This document shows, one piece after another, positions 36,532 to 47,534 of a stretch of 51,325 nucleotides of DNA. Below the pieces are notes generated by a model that searched no databases, was not told where the DNA came from, and saw only the letters and a list, made by a program, of their open reading frames with translations. A program made the position numbers and the translations under genes. Numbering within the stretch: the stretch's first letter is position 1; every line of letters begins with the position of its first letter. The stretch is from Octopus sinensis (Eukaryota): NCBI RefSeq assembly GCF_006345805.1, contig NW_021834170.1, forward strand, positions 1-51,325, read 5' to 3'.

Positions 36532-36966
36532 TCACGCATATATTTTTATACACTAGTATATGTATTCACACACATATACACATATCATATATGCATGTGT
36601 GTGTGTATATATATGTGTGTGTGTGTGTGCATATATGTATGTATGTATGCATGTATGTGTGTGTGTGTTACATAAATACAGATACACTCCTTCTGTACAG
36701 GGCATATATATATATTCACATACACACACACACACATTATATATATATACATTATTTAAAGGCACAAACACATATGGACACATACATGCAAACATTCACA
36801 CATATACATGTACATACAAATATACATAACACACACATTTACATAAGCAAAACCTAACTCTCTCACACATTCACAGATATACATGCACATACATATATAC
36901 ATTGTACACACATGCATTTGCATCAGGACCTTTTTGCTCTCTCTTTCTCTTGCACACACATGCATG

Positions 36967-36999
<33 letters not shown>

Positions 37000-37000
<1 letters not shown>

Positions 37001-37350
37001 GAATTTGGTCCAGAGGAAGGGGCCAATCTCCATGGCCTTTACAGGCTATCAGAGACCAATGCGATTAGCATGGTTAATGTTCCTTTTGAACATTTGTCGT
37101 TTGATTGTTGCCAGGGAAAACATGTACACTGAAGGGATTTTTTGGAGAGAATGGTGTTATGGGGGGAAGAAGGACTGGATGTAGAGGTTAATTAATGTAG
37201 GGGCTGGGAAACAGGACATAGCATGGATGAGGAGCAACATATGAATTAGGAGTGCCTGAGTAGAAGTGGTTTGAAGTCAGCAAACTCCGAAATGCAGGGG
37301 CAACTAAATGTACCATATTCCTGCTCACTGCTATCAGAACAGAGATGGTT
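37000..37350 (-). mobile_element. old LINE 3' end (L2/CR1/Jockey group)
   Basis: Frameshifted remnant HPCYVLFPSPYIN..YIQSFFP..HVFP..TIKRQMFKRNINH; 3' end also present at 39420-39535. Confidence 0.65.
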
Positions 37351-37421
37351 ATCCACAAATGTGAGCTCTGTGATTCAGAGTGGCTGTTCCAGCATATCTC
37401 CCTTGTCGTAATCTGAGGCAA

Positions 37422-37735
37422 TCATCATCATCATCATCATCATCATTTAGCGTCCGTTTTCCATGCTAGCATGGGTTGGACGGTTCAACTGGGGTCTGTG
37501 AAGCCAGAAGGCTGTATCAGGCCCAGTCTGATCTGGCAGTGTTTCTACGGCTGGATGCTCTTCCTAACGCCAACCACTCTGTGAGTGTAGTGGGTGCTTT
37601 TTATGTGCCACCCGCACAGGTGCCAGACGAAGCTGGCAAATGGCCATGAACGGATGGTGCTTTTACGTGCCACCGGCACGGGGGCCAGGCGAGGCTGGCA
37701 ATGGACATGAGCGGATGGTGCTTTTACGTGCCATC
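37422..37735 (-). mobile_element. RTE family A 3'UTR with subrepeats
   Basis: (CAT)n, UTR and three GGTGCTTTTACGTGCCA-like motifs. Confidence 0.88.
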
Positions 37736-37916
37736 GTAAAAATGCCTTTTCCATTTTTGTCTATAGAGGCCTTGAGGTGATCTGAATTATAGGAAAATCA
37801 AGAGAAATTAAGAATTTTGTAGCTTACTACGCGAGTAGTGAAGAGTATGAACCTGACAGAGAGGTAACTAATTGTAGCTGTGATAAGGCAAAAAAGCAGA
37901 TATAGGAGACAACATA

Positions 37917-38334
37917 AGGCGGTGAGCTGGCAGAAACGTTAGCACGCCGGGCGAAATGCTTAGCAGTATTTCGTCTGCAGTTACGTTCTGAGTTCAAATT
38001 CCGCCGAGGTCGACTTTGCCTTTCATACTTTCGGGGTAGATAAATAAAGTACCAGTTATGCACTGGGGTCGATGTAATCGACTTAATCCCTTTGTCTGTC
38101 CTTGTTTGTCCCCTCTGTGTTTAGCCCCTTGTGGGTAGTAGAGAAATAGGTATTTTGTCTGCGGTTACGTTCTGAGTTCAAATTCCGCCGAGGTCGACTT
38201 TGCCTTTCATCCTTTCGGGGTAGATAAATAAAGTACCAGTTATGCACTGCGGTCGATGTAATCGAATTAATCCCTTTGTCTGTCCTTGTTTGTCCCCTCT
38301 GTGTTTAGCCCCTTGTGGGTAGTAAAGAAATAGG
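37917..38334 (+). mobile_element. SINE F2 with internal ~184-bp tandem duplication
   Basis: Perfect 16-bp TSD TATAGGAGACAACATA at 37901-37916 and 38335-38350. Confidence 0.93.
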
Positions 38335-38370
38335 TATAGGAGACAACATATCTGTGGGCCAGAAGTTTAA

Positions 38371-38815
38371 CCCTTTAGCATTCAGATTATTCTGTTAACC
38401 CTTTCGTTACTGTATTTATTTTGAGATGCTCTGTGTTTCTTTCAATTACTTTAAATATAACAAAGAACTTTGTAAAATAACTTAGTTATCATTAAGCTAG
38501 TGTTAGGAACATAAATTGTGACTAAGGTTTTGGTGGAAGATTTTAATTCAAAACTTATGAAAACAAGACATTTGTACTCAGAACCAGAGACGGTTTCAGC
38601 CGGGTTGGTAATGAAAGGGTTAAATGTTCTGCTTATCTATTCACATTGTTTTGAATTAATCATGAATTATCTTGTAACTTCATGATTCTGATGACATGGT
38701 ATTTTGTTTTTAGAATGACATAGTAGAGTAGGTGTGAGGGACCAGATCTGTCCAGTTTGAACACAAAGCAGGTAGAATATTTTTGCCAGATATGGCTGGT
38801 TTAAATTCTAAAGGG
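38371..38815. mobile_element. piggyBac-type MITE P1 hosting P2
   Basis: TTAA|CCCTTTAGCATT...TTCTAAAGGG|TTAA. Confidence 0.9.
38399..38619. mobile_element. piggyBac-type MITE P2 (221 bp), nested
   Basis: TTAA|CCCTTTCGTTAC...GTAATGAAAGGG|TTAA. Confidence 0.92.
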
Positions 38816-38900
38816 TTAAGAGTGTTAGTGAGTGACTTTATTACAGTCAGTCAAGTGAACTTTCTTTGGTTGTGACCTAAAGATGCCCTGAGTCTGTAGT

Positions 38901-39183
38901 GGCTCCGGCAGGGGGTGGTGGCGACCCTTGTACTCTTTCGCCCCAACTTTCTCTCACTCTTTCTTCCTGTTTCTTGTCCCTGACTTCCTATGCAACTGCT
39001 GAGCCTGGATGCGCATTCATACATCCGTCGATGCTCTCAGTGTCGGGGGTTGACCTGCTTTCTCTTCTGCGGGTCTTACGAATAGCAAAGGACCACGTTT
39101 CGGACTTCTCCCATCTTGCGAGCTCTGGGACGAAGACCGTTCGCTCAACAGCAACAACAACAGCAGCAACAGCAGCAACAGCA

Positions 39184-39215
<32 letters not shown>
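38901..39215 (+). mobile_element. headless SINE F1 body with tail type D and (CAA/CAG)n
   Basis: GGCTCCGGCAGGGGGTGG..CTTTCTCTCACTCTTTCTTCCTGTTTC shared with F1, then a distinct CpG-rich tail. Confidence 0.8.
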
Positions 39216-39216
<1 letters not shown>

Positions 39217-39419
39217 CTGTTTCCAAGTGTAGGATTACTGTTCTGTGGTTGGGCCTCACCTGAGTTTTTGAAGAAGTTGTTTGGAGCAGGGTTGTTTCCT
39301 AGCTCTTAAGAGGAATGTTTGATTTTGTGAGGCAGTTTCAGCTATGGTGAAGATGTATGTCCTTCAGGAGAGACCTTAGTGGTAATTAAGTAATGGTTGG
39401 GACATTGTCAAGGCTTCCT

Positions 39420-39535
39420 AACAACCATCAGACTACAAATGTTCAAATGCAACATAACATTATCCATGTTCATCTCATTGGTCTCAGATGGTCTGTTAAA
39501 AGCCATGGAGATCAGCTCCTTCAGCCAGAACAAAC
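39420..39535 (+). mobile_element. old LINE 3' terminal fragment
   Basis: Homologous to the reverse complement of 37005-37110 (ACAAATGTTCAAA..CATTGGTCTC..GCCATGGAGAT). Confidence 0.7.
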
Positions 39536-39743
39536 TAGAAGGAGGTGTTGAAAAGTTCTTGATTTGGGGTAAAAGAAAATACAGGATGATCAGTTAATTA
39601 TGATTTTATTCAACATATTCACTTCTCAGATTCACACACTTATTGCAGCGGTCCTTCAGTTTTTCTAAGCCCTGTAAATGAACTTGAATGGTTGGGTCTC
39701 CAATCACGCCTTAAAGCCAGGAACTTTTTAGCACCACTTGATA
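39536..39743 (-). mobile_element. mariner-derived MITE, second copy
   Basis: Reverse-complement homologue of 1990-2209 with TIRs and TA flanks. Confidence 0.85.
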
Positions 39744-39913
39744 GGTGTATTCTTCCAGGTGTAGATCCTTTTAGTCCCTTCTTACAAAAAAGGGATGTAG
39801 TGTACTTAAGCAAAAATACAGGATACACACGTTCCTAGCTATGAAGATTGATATATTTATAATTACAAATATATATTATAAATAGATTGAAAATAAATGT
39901 ATTTGTAATTACA

Positions 39914-39914
<1 letters not shown>

Positions 39915-39973
<59 letters not shown>

Positions 39974-40755
39974 AGAGGTTGATTGATAGAAACATCGTTT
40001 GTGTATTTATACACGCACACATGCACACACACACACACATACACACATGCACATGGATACACAGTCATACGCACACAAATACATGCATAGCAGAGACACA
40101 TGTAAACAATACACACACATACACACACATGTACACACATGCATACACACATACACACCCAAAGAAACAAGCATAAATACACAAACACTATATATAAAAC
40201 ATACACCATGGCACTTACATATACCAATATCCATGCAAAAACATTCGTATTCATACTCGTACATGCACACACATACACACACACACACACACATAGATGT
40301 ATGCACACACAAATACGGATATATACATGCACATACACACAGAGAAGCACCCGTACAATAAGAATGAAAAGAAACATAATGAAATAAAATGAATTCATTA
40401 ATCAAATAATTAATTACATTATTTACACAATGAAAAATTCCCCCCAAAGTTTCAGTGACCTTTTCCAGAGTTCACACCACACACACACACACACACACAC
40501 ACCACACACACAACCACACACACCCACCATACACATACATACTCAGTCACACACACACACACCACACTTATACACACACACACACACACCACACATGCAC
40601 ACACACAGACAAGCTGTACTTATACACATACACCCACACACCTGTACACATATACGCCAACATACACAACACACAGAAACACATACAGACATACACACAA
40701 ACACACTTGCACATATAAAGACACACATGCACACACACACACACACATACACACC
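39915..40755. repeat. (GA)n and degenerate (CA)n field
   Basis: Direct reading. Confidence 0.85.
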
Positions 40756-41004
40756 TGACTTACTTTCATACACCACATTTATAAATAATACAGTTTGACA
40801 TCCTAGGATTCTAGAGAGAAAATGTCCTCCATTTCTTCCCATTCACTAATTCTGTTGTGAAAATAGTTTAAGGAATAGGTAGAGCAAGGGTAGAACCTCC
40901 ATCCTGATCAAGGGTACAGTCACATTTGATATGAATATGTGTGTGTGTATGTGTGTGCGTATATTGGGTATATATGATGTGTATGTTTAGGGGTTTGAGT
41001 ATAA

Positions 41005-41435
41005 GTGTAGGCATGGCTGTGTGGTAAGAAGTTTGCTTTTCAATCATCTGGTTTTGGGTTCAGTCCTACTGCATGGTCGAAACTTGGACGAGTGTTTGCT
41101 ACTATTGTCTCGGGTTGACTAAAGGTTTGTGAATGGATTTGGTAGATGGAAACTGAAAGAAGCCTATTGTATATACATATATATGTATATGTTTATATGT
41201 GTATTGTTAGCTCCTACACGCATTTTTTTTCTCTCCTTGTTTTTTTTCTGTGTATCTTCCTGTCGAAGAGCGTAGGCTCAAAATGTAAAAGACTTTTTCT
41301 ATTTCTGTTCCTGAGCGCCATACTAATACATTTGTTTCTTTGTACTCCACCTGCCTTTGTCTTTTGTTTATTTTCGTAAACCTTCCTGTTATATATACAT
41401 ATATATGTATGTATGTATGTAAGTATGTATGTATG

Positions 41436-41483
<48 letters not shown>

Positions 41484-41930
41484 GTATATGTTTATGTGTG
41501 TGTGTCTGTGTTTGTCTTCCTGCCATTGCTTGACAACTGAAGTTGGTGTGTTTATGTTCCTATAACTTAGTGGCTCAGCAAAAGTGACGAATAGAATAAG
41601 TACTAGGCTTACAAAGAACAAGTCCTGGGGTTGATTTCTTCGGCTAAGACCCTTTAAGGTGGTGCTCCAGCATGGCCACAGTCAAATGACTGAAACAAGT
41701 AAAAGGACAAAAGAATACCTATGTGTGTATCTTTGTGTTTGTTTGTCCACTACGACCACTTGACAACCACTGTTGGTTTGTTTATATCCCCATGACTTAG
41801 CAGTTCAGCAAAACGGACTAACAGAATAAGTACCAGACTTCAAAAAGAAGTATCAGGATCGATTTATTTGACTAAATCCTTCAAGCTGGTGTTGTAGCAT
41901 GGCCACAGTTCAATGACTGCAAAAAAAAAA
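41005..41930 (+). mobile_element. SINE F3 with an insertion in its internal microsatellite and a second tandem 3' half
   Basis: Head 41005-41170, insert ~41200-41390, 3' halves ~41500-41715 and ~41725-41930. Confidence 0.82.
41255..41292 (+). ncRNA. variant, decayed hammerhead-like motif in probable Penelope-like fragment
   Basis: TCTTC-CTGTCGA-A-GAGC gtag GCTC-aAAA-tG-TA-AAAGA; CpG decay of CGAAACG would give the observed sequence. Confidence 0.45.
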
Positions 41931-42134
41931 AATGATGCAAATACTTCCAATGTGGGTTTGCATTTGTTGAGGTTATGTGTATGTGTGCATGATTGTATGC
42001 TTGGGATGTGTGATGTGCTTGTTTAGGGCAGATGTGAGGAACTTGTTTTGAGTAATGGGCCATGGCTCACCATCAGGTGGGTTGCGCTACTAAAAGAATT
42101 CAGCCCTTCAGTATTCAGATTATTCTGTCAAATG

Positions 42135-42443
42135 TTTTTTTGTTTGTTCCTTCTCAAGCCATGCCTGGCTCATTAGGAGCAGTTTCCCAGTTTCTTTGGC
42201 GTATAGGTTCCCCACCTGGATGGGACGCTGGTCCGTTGCAGGTGAGCTGCAAGATGCAGGAAGAAAGAGTGAGAGAAAGTTGTGGCGAAAGAGTCAGCAG
42301 AAGTTCACCATTACCTTCTTCCGGAGCCGCATGGAGCTTAGGTGTTTCGCTCATAAACACACACATCGCCCGGTCTGAGATTCAAACTTGCGATCCCTCG
42401 ACTGCGAATCCGCTGCTCTAAGCACTAGGTCATGTGCCTCTAC
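42135..42443 (-). mobile_element. SINE F1-related copy, tail type C, inside a P1 MITE remnant
   Basis: Diverged F1 head and body; tail CGTCCCATCCAGG..AGAAACTGGGAAACTG..ATGAGCC as at 47535; P1 sequence on both flanks. Confidence 0.85.
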
Positions 42444-42678
42444 CTATCAAATGTAGTGCTTATTCATTCATATTGGTTTGTATTAATCATGCATTGAAAG
42501 CGGTGAGCTGGCAGAACCATTACTGTACCAAGCAAAATGCTTAGTGGCATTCCCTCCGTCTTTATTATTCTGAGTTCAAATTCCACCAAGGTCGACTTTG
42601 CCTTTCATCTATTTGGAGTTGATTAAATAAGTACCAGTTGAGCACTGGGAGTCGATGTAATCGGCTTACCTCTTCTCT

Positions 42679-42920
42679 ATTTACATTTTTTACATTTAAT
42701 GGATATTTGTCCTCATCTTGTTTGTTGTTAACACAACCTTTCGGCTGATATACCCTCCAGCCTTCTTCAGGTGTCTTGGGGGAAATTTCGAACCAGATGA
42801 AAGCTGGAGTGTATATCAGCCGAAACTTTGTGTTAACAACAAACAAGATGACGACAAATATCCGTCAAATGTAAATAATGTAAATAATGTACATAATTCC
42901 TCATCTCTTAAATATAGATC
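42679..42920. mobile_element. Penelope-like inverted pseudo-LTR fragment
   Basis: Inverted arms 42679-42771 and 42793-42885, each with a hammerhead motif. Confidence 0.75.
42730..42775 (-). ncRNA. minimal type-I hammerhead ribozyme motif
   Basis: GACAC-CTGAAGA-A-GGCTG gagggtatat CAGCC-GAAA-gG-TT-GTGTT; helix I 5 bp, helix II 5 bp; a degenerate mirror copy on + at 42791-42834. Confidence 0.75.
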
Positions 42921-43411
42921 TGTATTACCTGTTCTACCTCGTTATTAATAGCTTGTGCCAAATTTTTAAATCAATATTTTGTCCCTCCATCTCTCCTATA
43001 AACACTTAAATACTCACCCGTACAGCCCAAGGACACAATTTTGACCTATACTTCCTTAGCCTTGCTGTTAATAAATAAATACTATGTGATCTGGAACATT
43101 GATATTCCCAAGGGCCTACAACGCTGTTAAGATGGCCCTGCTTGCATAGGACCCTAATCTATGATGGGGTTCCAGATATAGAAATTAGTTGTTGTCTTTG
43201 ATTTACACCCCTGTTGGCCTTAGAAGAAGACTGAAATTTCCTCTTTCGCCCTTCTTTCTTCCTACTCCCTCTTCCATTCACCTGGAACTATTAGTAGCGC
43301 ATATAACATGTATTGTGTCTATTAAATAATATTTATCTCTCACCAGATGGAGTACTGTTCTTGTTGGTCTTACCATCACAGAACAGTACATTATATGATA
43401 TATATATATAT

Positions 43412-44085
43412 ATGACCTTCAAATACTGGGCCTCACCAAGGCAATTACTAGTGACTGGGACCTCTGGAAATCTGCTGTGCTTGAGAAGACTTGGCAAGTG
43501 CAAGTGAGACCATAACCTTGTGGCCTATGCCAGGGGTGTAACCAGCCCACTTATGCATACCTTTCCTTCATTGGACACTAAACTCTGCTTGCGAAGACCT
43601 GTTGAGGCAAGTGATATCGAAATGGAAATCAAACTTGATGACTGGCATCCATGCTAGTGGAGCGCTAAGTGTACCATACAAATGAGATCATTGCCAGAGC
43701 AACAAGCTGGCCTCCGTGCCGATGGCACGTTAAAAGCACCATTCGAACATGATCGTTACCTACGTCACCTTACTAGCACGTGAAAAAAACATTCGAGCAA
43801 GGTTGTTACCAGTGCCTCTGGACTGGCCCCTTTGCAGGTGGCACATAAAAAGCACCATTTGAGCGTGGCCATTGCTACTACCACCTAACTGGCCCTTGTG
43901 CCGGTGGCACATAAAAGCACCCACTACACTCTTGTAGTGGTTGTCGTAAGGAAGGGCATCCAGCTGTGGAAGCTCTGCCAGATCAGATTGGGGTCTGGTG
44001 CAGCCATCTGGTTCACCAGACCTCAGTCAAATCGTCCAACCCATGCTAGCATGGAAAGCAAACGTTAAACAATGATGATGATGAT
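43412..44085 (+). mobile_element. RTE family A: ORF2 end with long 3'UTR
   Basis: DLQILGLTKAITSDWDLWKSAVLEKT; ~570-bp UTR with four subrepeats; (GAT)n; a further short tail at 44200-44345. Confidence 0.88.
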
Positions 44086-44344
44086 ATATATATGTATATA
44101 TATAACTTTGAGTGCTGAAAATTGGAGCCTTTCAGATACATACATACATATATACATACATACATACATACAACATACATACATACATACATATAAATGT
44201 GTAAGGGCATCCAGCTATATAAATTATACCGAAGCAGACAATGAAGCCTGGTGCAGTTCCTGACTTCACCAGTTCCTGTGAACCATCCATCTCATACCAC
44301 CATGGGAAGCGGACATTAAATGATAATGATGATGATGAAGATGG

Positions 44345-44375
<31 letters not shown>

Positions 44376-44659
44376 ATGATGATGATGATGATGATATATA
44401 TATATATATATACACACACACGCATGCACACAAAGAGAGTAGAGAAAGAAAGGAGTATTTGTTAAAGAATTTAAAAACAAAATCAATATCAGTAAATGAA
44501 TTGTGAATTAGTTATGGAGTGAAAGGAAAGTTCATCATAGATAAGAACTGGTAAATGGTGGCACGGTGGGTGTATGTGTGGGGGGTGTATGTGAGAGAAG
44601 GAGACTGGTGGGGTGGGACACAGAGAAATTATTCATAGGTATGTGTGTGTGTGTGTGTG

Positions 44660-45024
44660 TGTGTATGATGACTGTGTTTGAATGTGTGTGTGCGTGTGTA
44701 TGACGACTGTGTTTGAATGTGTGTTTGTATGTGTGTGTGTGTGTGTGTGTATGATGACTGTTTGAATGTGTATGTGCGTGTGTGTGTGTGTGTGTGTATG
44801 ACGACTGTGTTTGAATGTGTGTGTGTGTGTATGACGACTGTGTTTGAATGTGTGTATGTGTGTGTGTGTATGATGACTGTGTTTGCATGTGTGTGTGTGT
44901 ATGATGACTGTGTTTGAATGCGTGTGTGTGTGTGTGTGACGACTGTGTTTGAATGTGTGTGTGTGTATGATGACTGTGTTTGAATGTGTGTGTGTGTGTG
45001 TGTGTGTATGATGACTGTTTGAAT

Positions 45025-45056
<32 letters not shown>

Positions 45057-45560
45057 ATGACGACTGTGTTTGAATGTGTGTGTGTGTGTATGACGACTGT
45101 GTTTGAATGTGTGTATGTTGGCTGTGTTTGAATGTGTGTGTGTGTATGATGACTGTGTTTGAATGCGTGTGTGTGTGTGTGTATGACGACTGTGTTTGAA
45201 TGTGTGTGTGTGTATGATGACTGTGTTTGAATGTGTGTATGATGACTGTGTTTGAATGTGTGTGTGTGTGTGTGTGTGTATGATGACTGTTTGAATGTGT
45301 ATGTGTGTGTGTGTGTGTATGACGACTGTGTTTGAATGTGTGTGTGTGTGTATGATGACTGTGTTTGAATGTGTGTATGTGTGTGTGTGTATATTGGCTG
45401 TGTTTGAATGTGTGTGTGTGTATGATGACTGTGTTTGAATGTGTGTGTGTGTGTATGACGACTGTGTTTGAATGTGTGTATGTGTGTGTGTGTATGTTGG
45501 CTGTGTTTGAATGTGTTTGTGTATGTGTGAGTGTATGTTGACTGTGTTTGAATGCGTGTG
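44660..45560. repeat. minisatellite: core ATGAYGACTGTGTTTGAATG separated by variable (TG)n
   Basis: Roughly 28-30 units. Confidence 0.95.
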
Positions 45561-46035
45561 TGTGTGTGTGTGTGTGTGTGCACATGCATGTGATTGTGTA
45601 AGTATGTGTATGTGACAGTGTATTTGAACATGCAAGGAAGAGAGAGAGAGAGAGAGTGTGTGTGTGTGTATGTGTGCATGATTGTGTATGTGTGTTGCTG
45701 TGTGTACAAGAGTGTTTGAAGGTGTGAGAGAGTGTTTGTGTGCGGGGGGGTGGGTGAGAGAGAGAGAGACAGAAAGTGAATAAAGGAAGAAAGAGAGAGA
45801 GAGAAGGAGGGAGTGAAAAGGTGAGAGGTGCAGAGAGAGGAAAGACACAAGGATATATGAGAATGACTATATAAATATAGTTTATTGGTAGGAAGCTAAT
45901 TCCGCTGTGGCAAATACCAAAAGAGACTCAGTTTTATATACATAGTCAGGTGAGAAAATAAGAAAGGTGAAGGAAAAAGGGTTCAGCTTTGTAGTCATAG
46001 CTTCATCTCTCCCCTTCCATCTTTGTTGCACTTGC

Positions 46036-46845
46036 TCACTCACTCTCTCACTCACTCCCTCATCTTATCTCTCACTCTCTCACTCACTCACTCATCTTAT
46101 CTCTCACTCTCTCACTCACTCACTCACTCATCTTATCTCTCACTCACTCTCTCACTCACTCACTCACTCCCTCATCTTATCTCTCACTCACTCACTCACT
46201 CACTCACTCATCTTATCTCTCACTCACTCACTCACTCACTCTCATCTTATCTCTCACTCACTCACTCCCTCATCTTATCTCTCACTCACTCACTCTCTCA
46301 CTCACTCCCTCATCTTATCTCTCACTCACTCACTCACTCACTCATCTTATCTCTCACTCACTCACTCACTCACTCACTCATCTTATCTCTCACTCACTCT
46401 CTCACTCACTCACTCACTCCCTCATCTTATCTCTCACTCACTCACTCACTCACTCCCTCATCTTATCTCTCACTCACTCTCTCACTCACTCCCTCATCTT
46501 ATCTCTCACTCACTCACTCACTCCCTCATCTTATCTCTCACTCACTCTCTCACTCACTCCCTCATCTTATCTCTCACTTACTCTCTCACTCACTCCCTCA
46601 TCTTATCTCTCACTTACTCTCTCACTCACTCCCTCATCTTATCTCTCACTCACTCTCTCACTCACTCCCTCATCTTATCTCTCACTCACTCACTCACTCA
46701 CTCACTCATCTTATCTCTCACTCACTCTCTCACTCACTCCCTCATCTTATCTCTCACTCACTCACTCACTCACTCATCTTATCTCTCACTCACTCTCTCA
46801 CTCACTCCCTCATCTTATCTCTTACTCACTCACTCATTCACTTAC
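46036..46845. repeat. minisatellite: core CTCATCTTATCT separated by variable (CTCA)n
   Basis: Roughly 25 units. Confidence 0.95.
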
Positions 46846-47003
46846 AATCATACTTACTAATAAACTATACAGTCCCATGAGCAGGCTTGCTTGATCTTCA
46901 TCATCTAGATCAGGGTTTCCCCGACCATTTTTAAAAATCTATGAACCCCTTTGATTATTTTTTTATTCTCGTGCCCCCCACCCCCCAAGCATTTGATATT
47001 TAA

Positions 47004-47449
47004 CCCTTTCGTTACCGTATTTATTTTGAGATGTTCTGGGTTTCTTTCAATTATTTTAAATATAACAAAGAATTTAGTAAAATAACTTAGTTATCATTAA
47101 GCTAGTGTTAGGAATATAAATTGTGACTAAGGTTTGGTGGTATATTTTGATACAAAACTTATGAAAACAAGACATTTGTACTACAGAGCCAGAGCCGGTT
47201 TTGGCCGGGTTGGTAACGAAAGGGTTAACCCTTTCGTTACCGTATTTATTTTGAGATGTTCTGGGTTTCTTTCAATTATTTTAGACGTAATAAAGAATTT
47301 AGTAAAATGACTTCATGATCATTAAGCTAGTGTTAGGAATATAAATTGTGACTAAGGTTTGGTGGTATATTTTGATACAAAACTTATGAAAACAAGACAT
47401 TTGTACTACAGAGCCAGAGCCGGTTTTGGCCGGGTTGGTAATGAAAGGG
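47004..47449. mobile_element. tandem dimer of piggyBac-type MITE P2
   Basis: TTAA-[47004-47224]-TTAA-[47229-47449]-TTAA. Confidence 0.93.
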
Positions 47450-47534
47450 TTAAAAACTAGTTTTATAGAAACTTCTTTCAAAATTCCTATTTTACTTTGC
47501 ACACATTTAACTTGTATAGGTTGAACTATGTGGT

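Larger units (their letters stand above)
42500..42978 (+). mobile_element. SINE F2 split by a palindromic insertion
   Basis: Head GCGGTGAGCTGGCAGAA to ~42670; tail CTTGTGCCAAATTTTTAAATCAATA resumes at ~42950. Confidence 0.75.

Noticed and set aside
44660-45560. CRISPR-like repeat-spacer array and the 318-437 aa His/Thr-rich ORFs
   Set aside because: The spacers are only (TG)n. All three minus-strand frames are open because the repeat lacks stops.
45967-46880. 297 aa and 285 aa Ser/Leu/Thr/His ORFs
   Set aside because: Translations of a CTCA-based minisatellite with frame-independent unit lengths.
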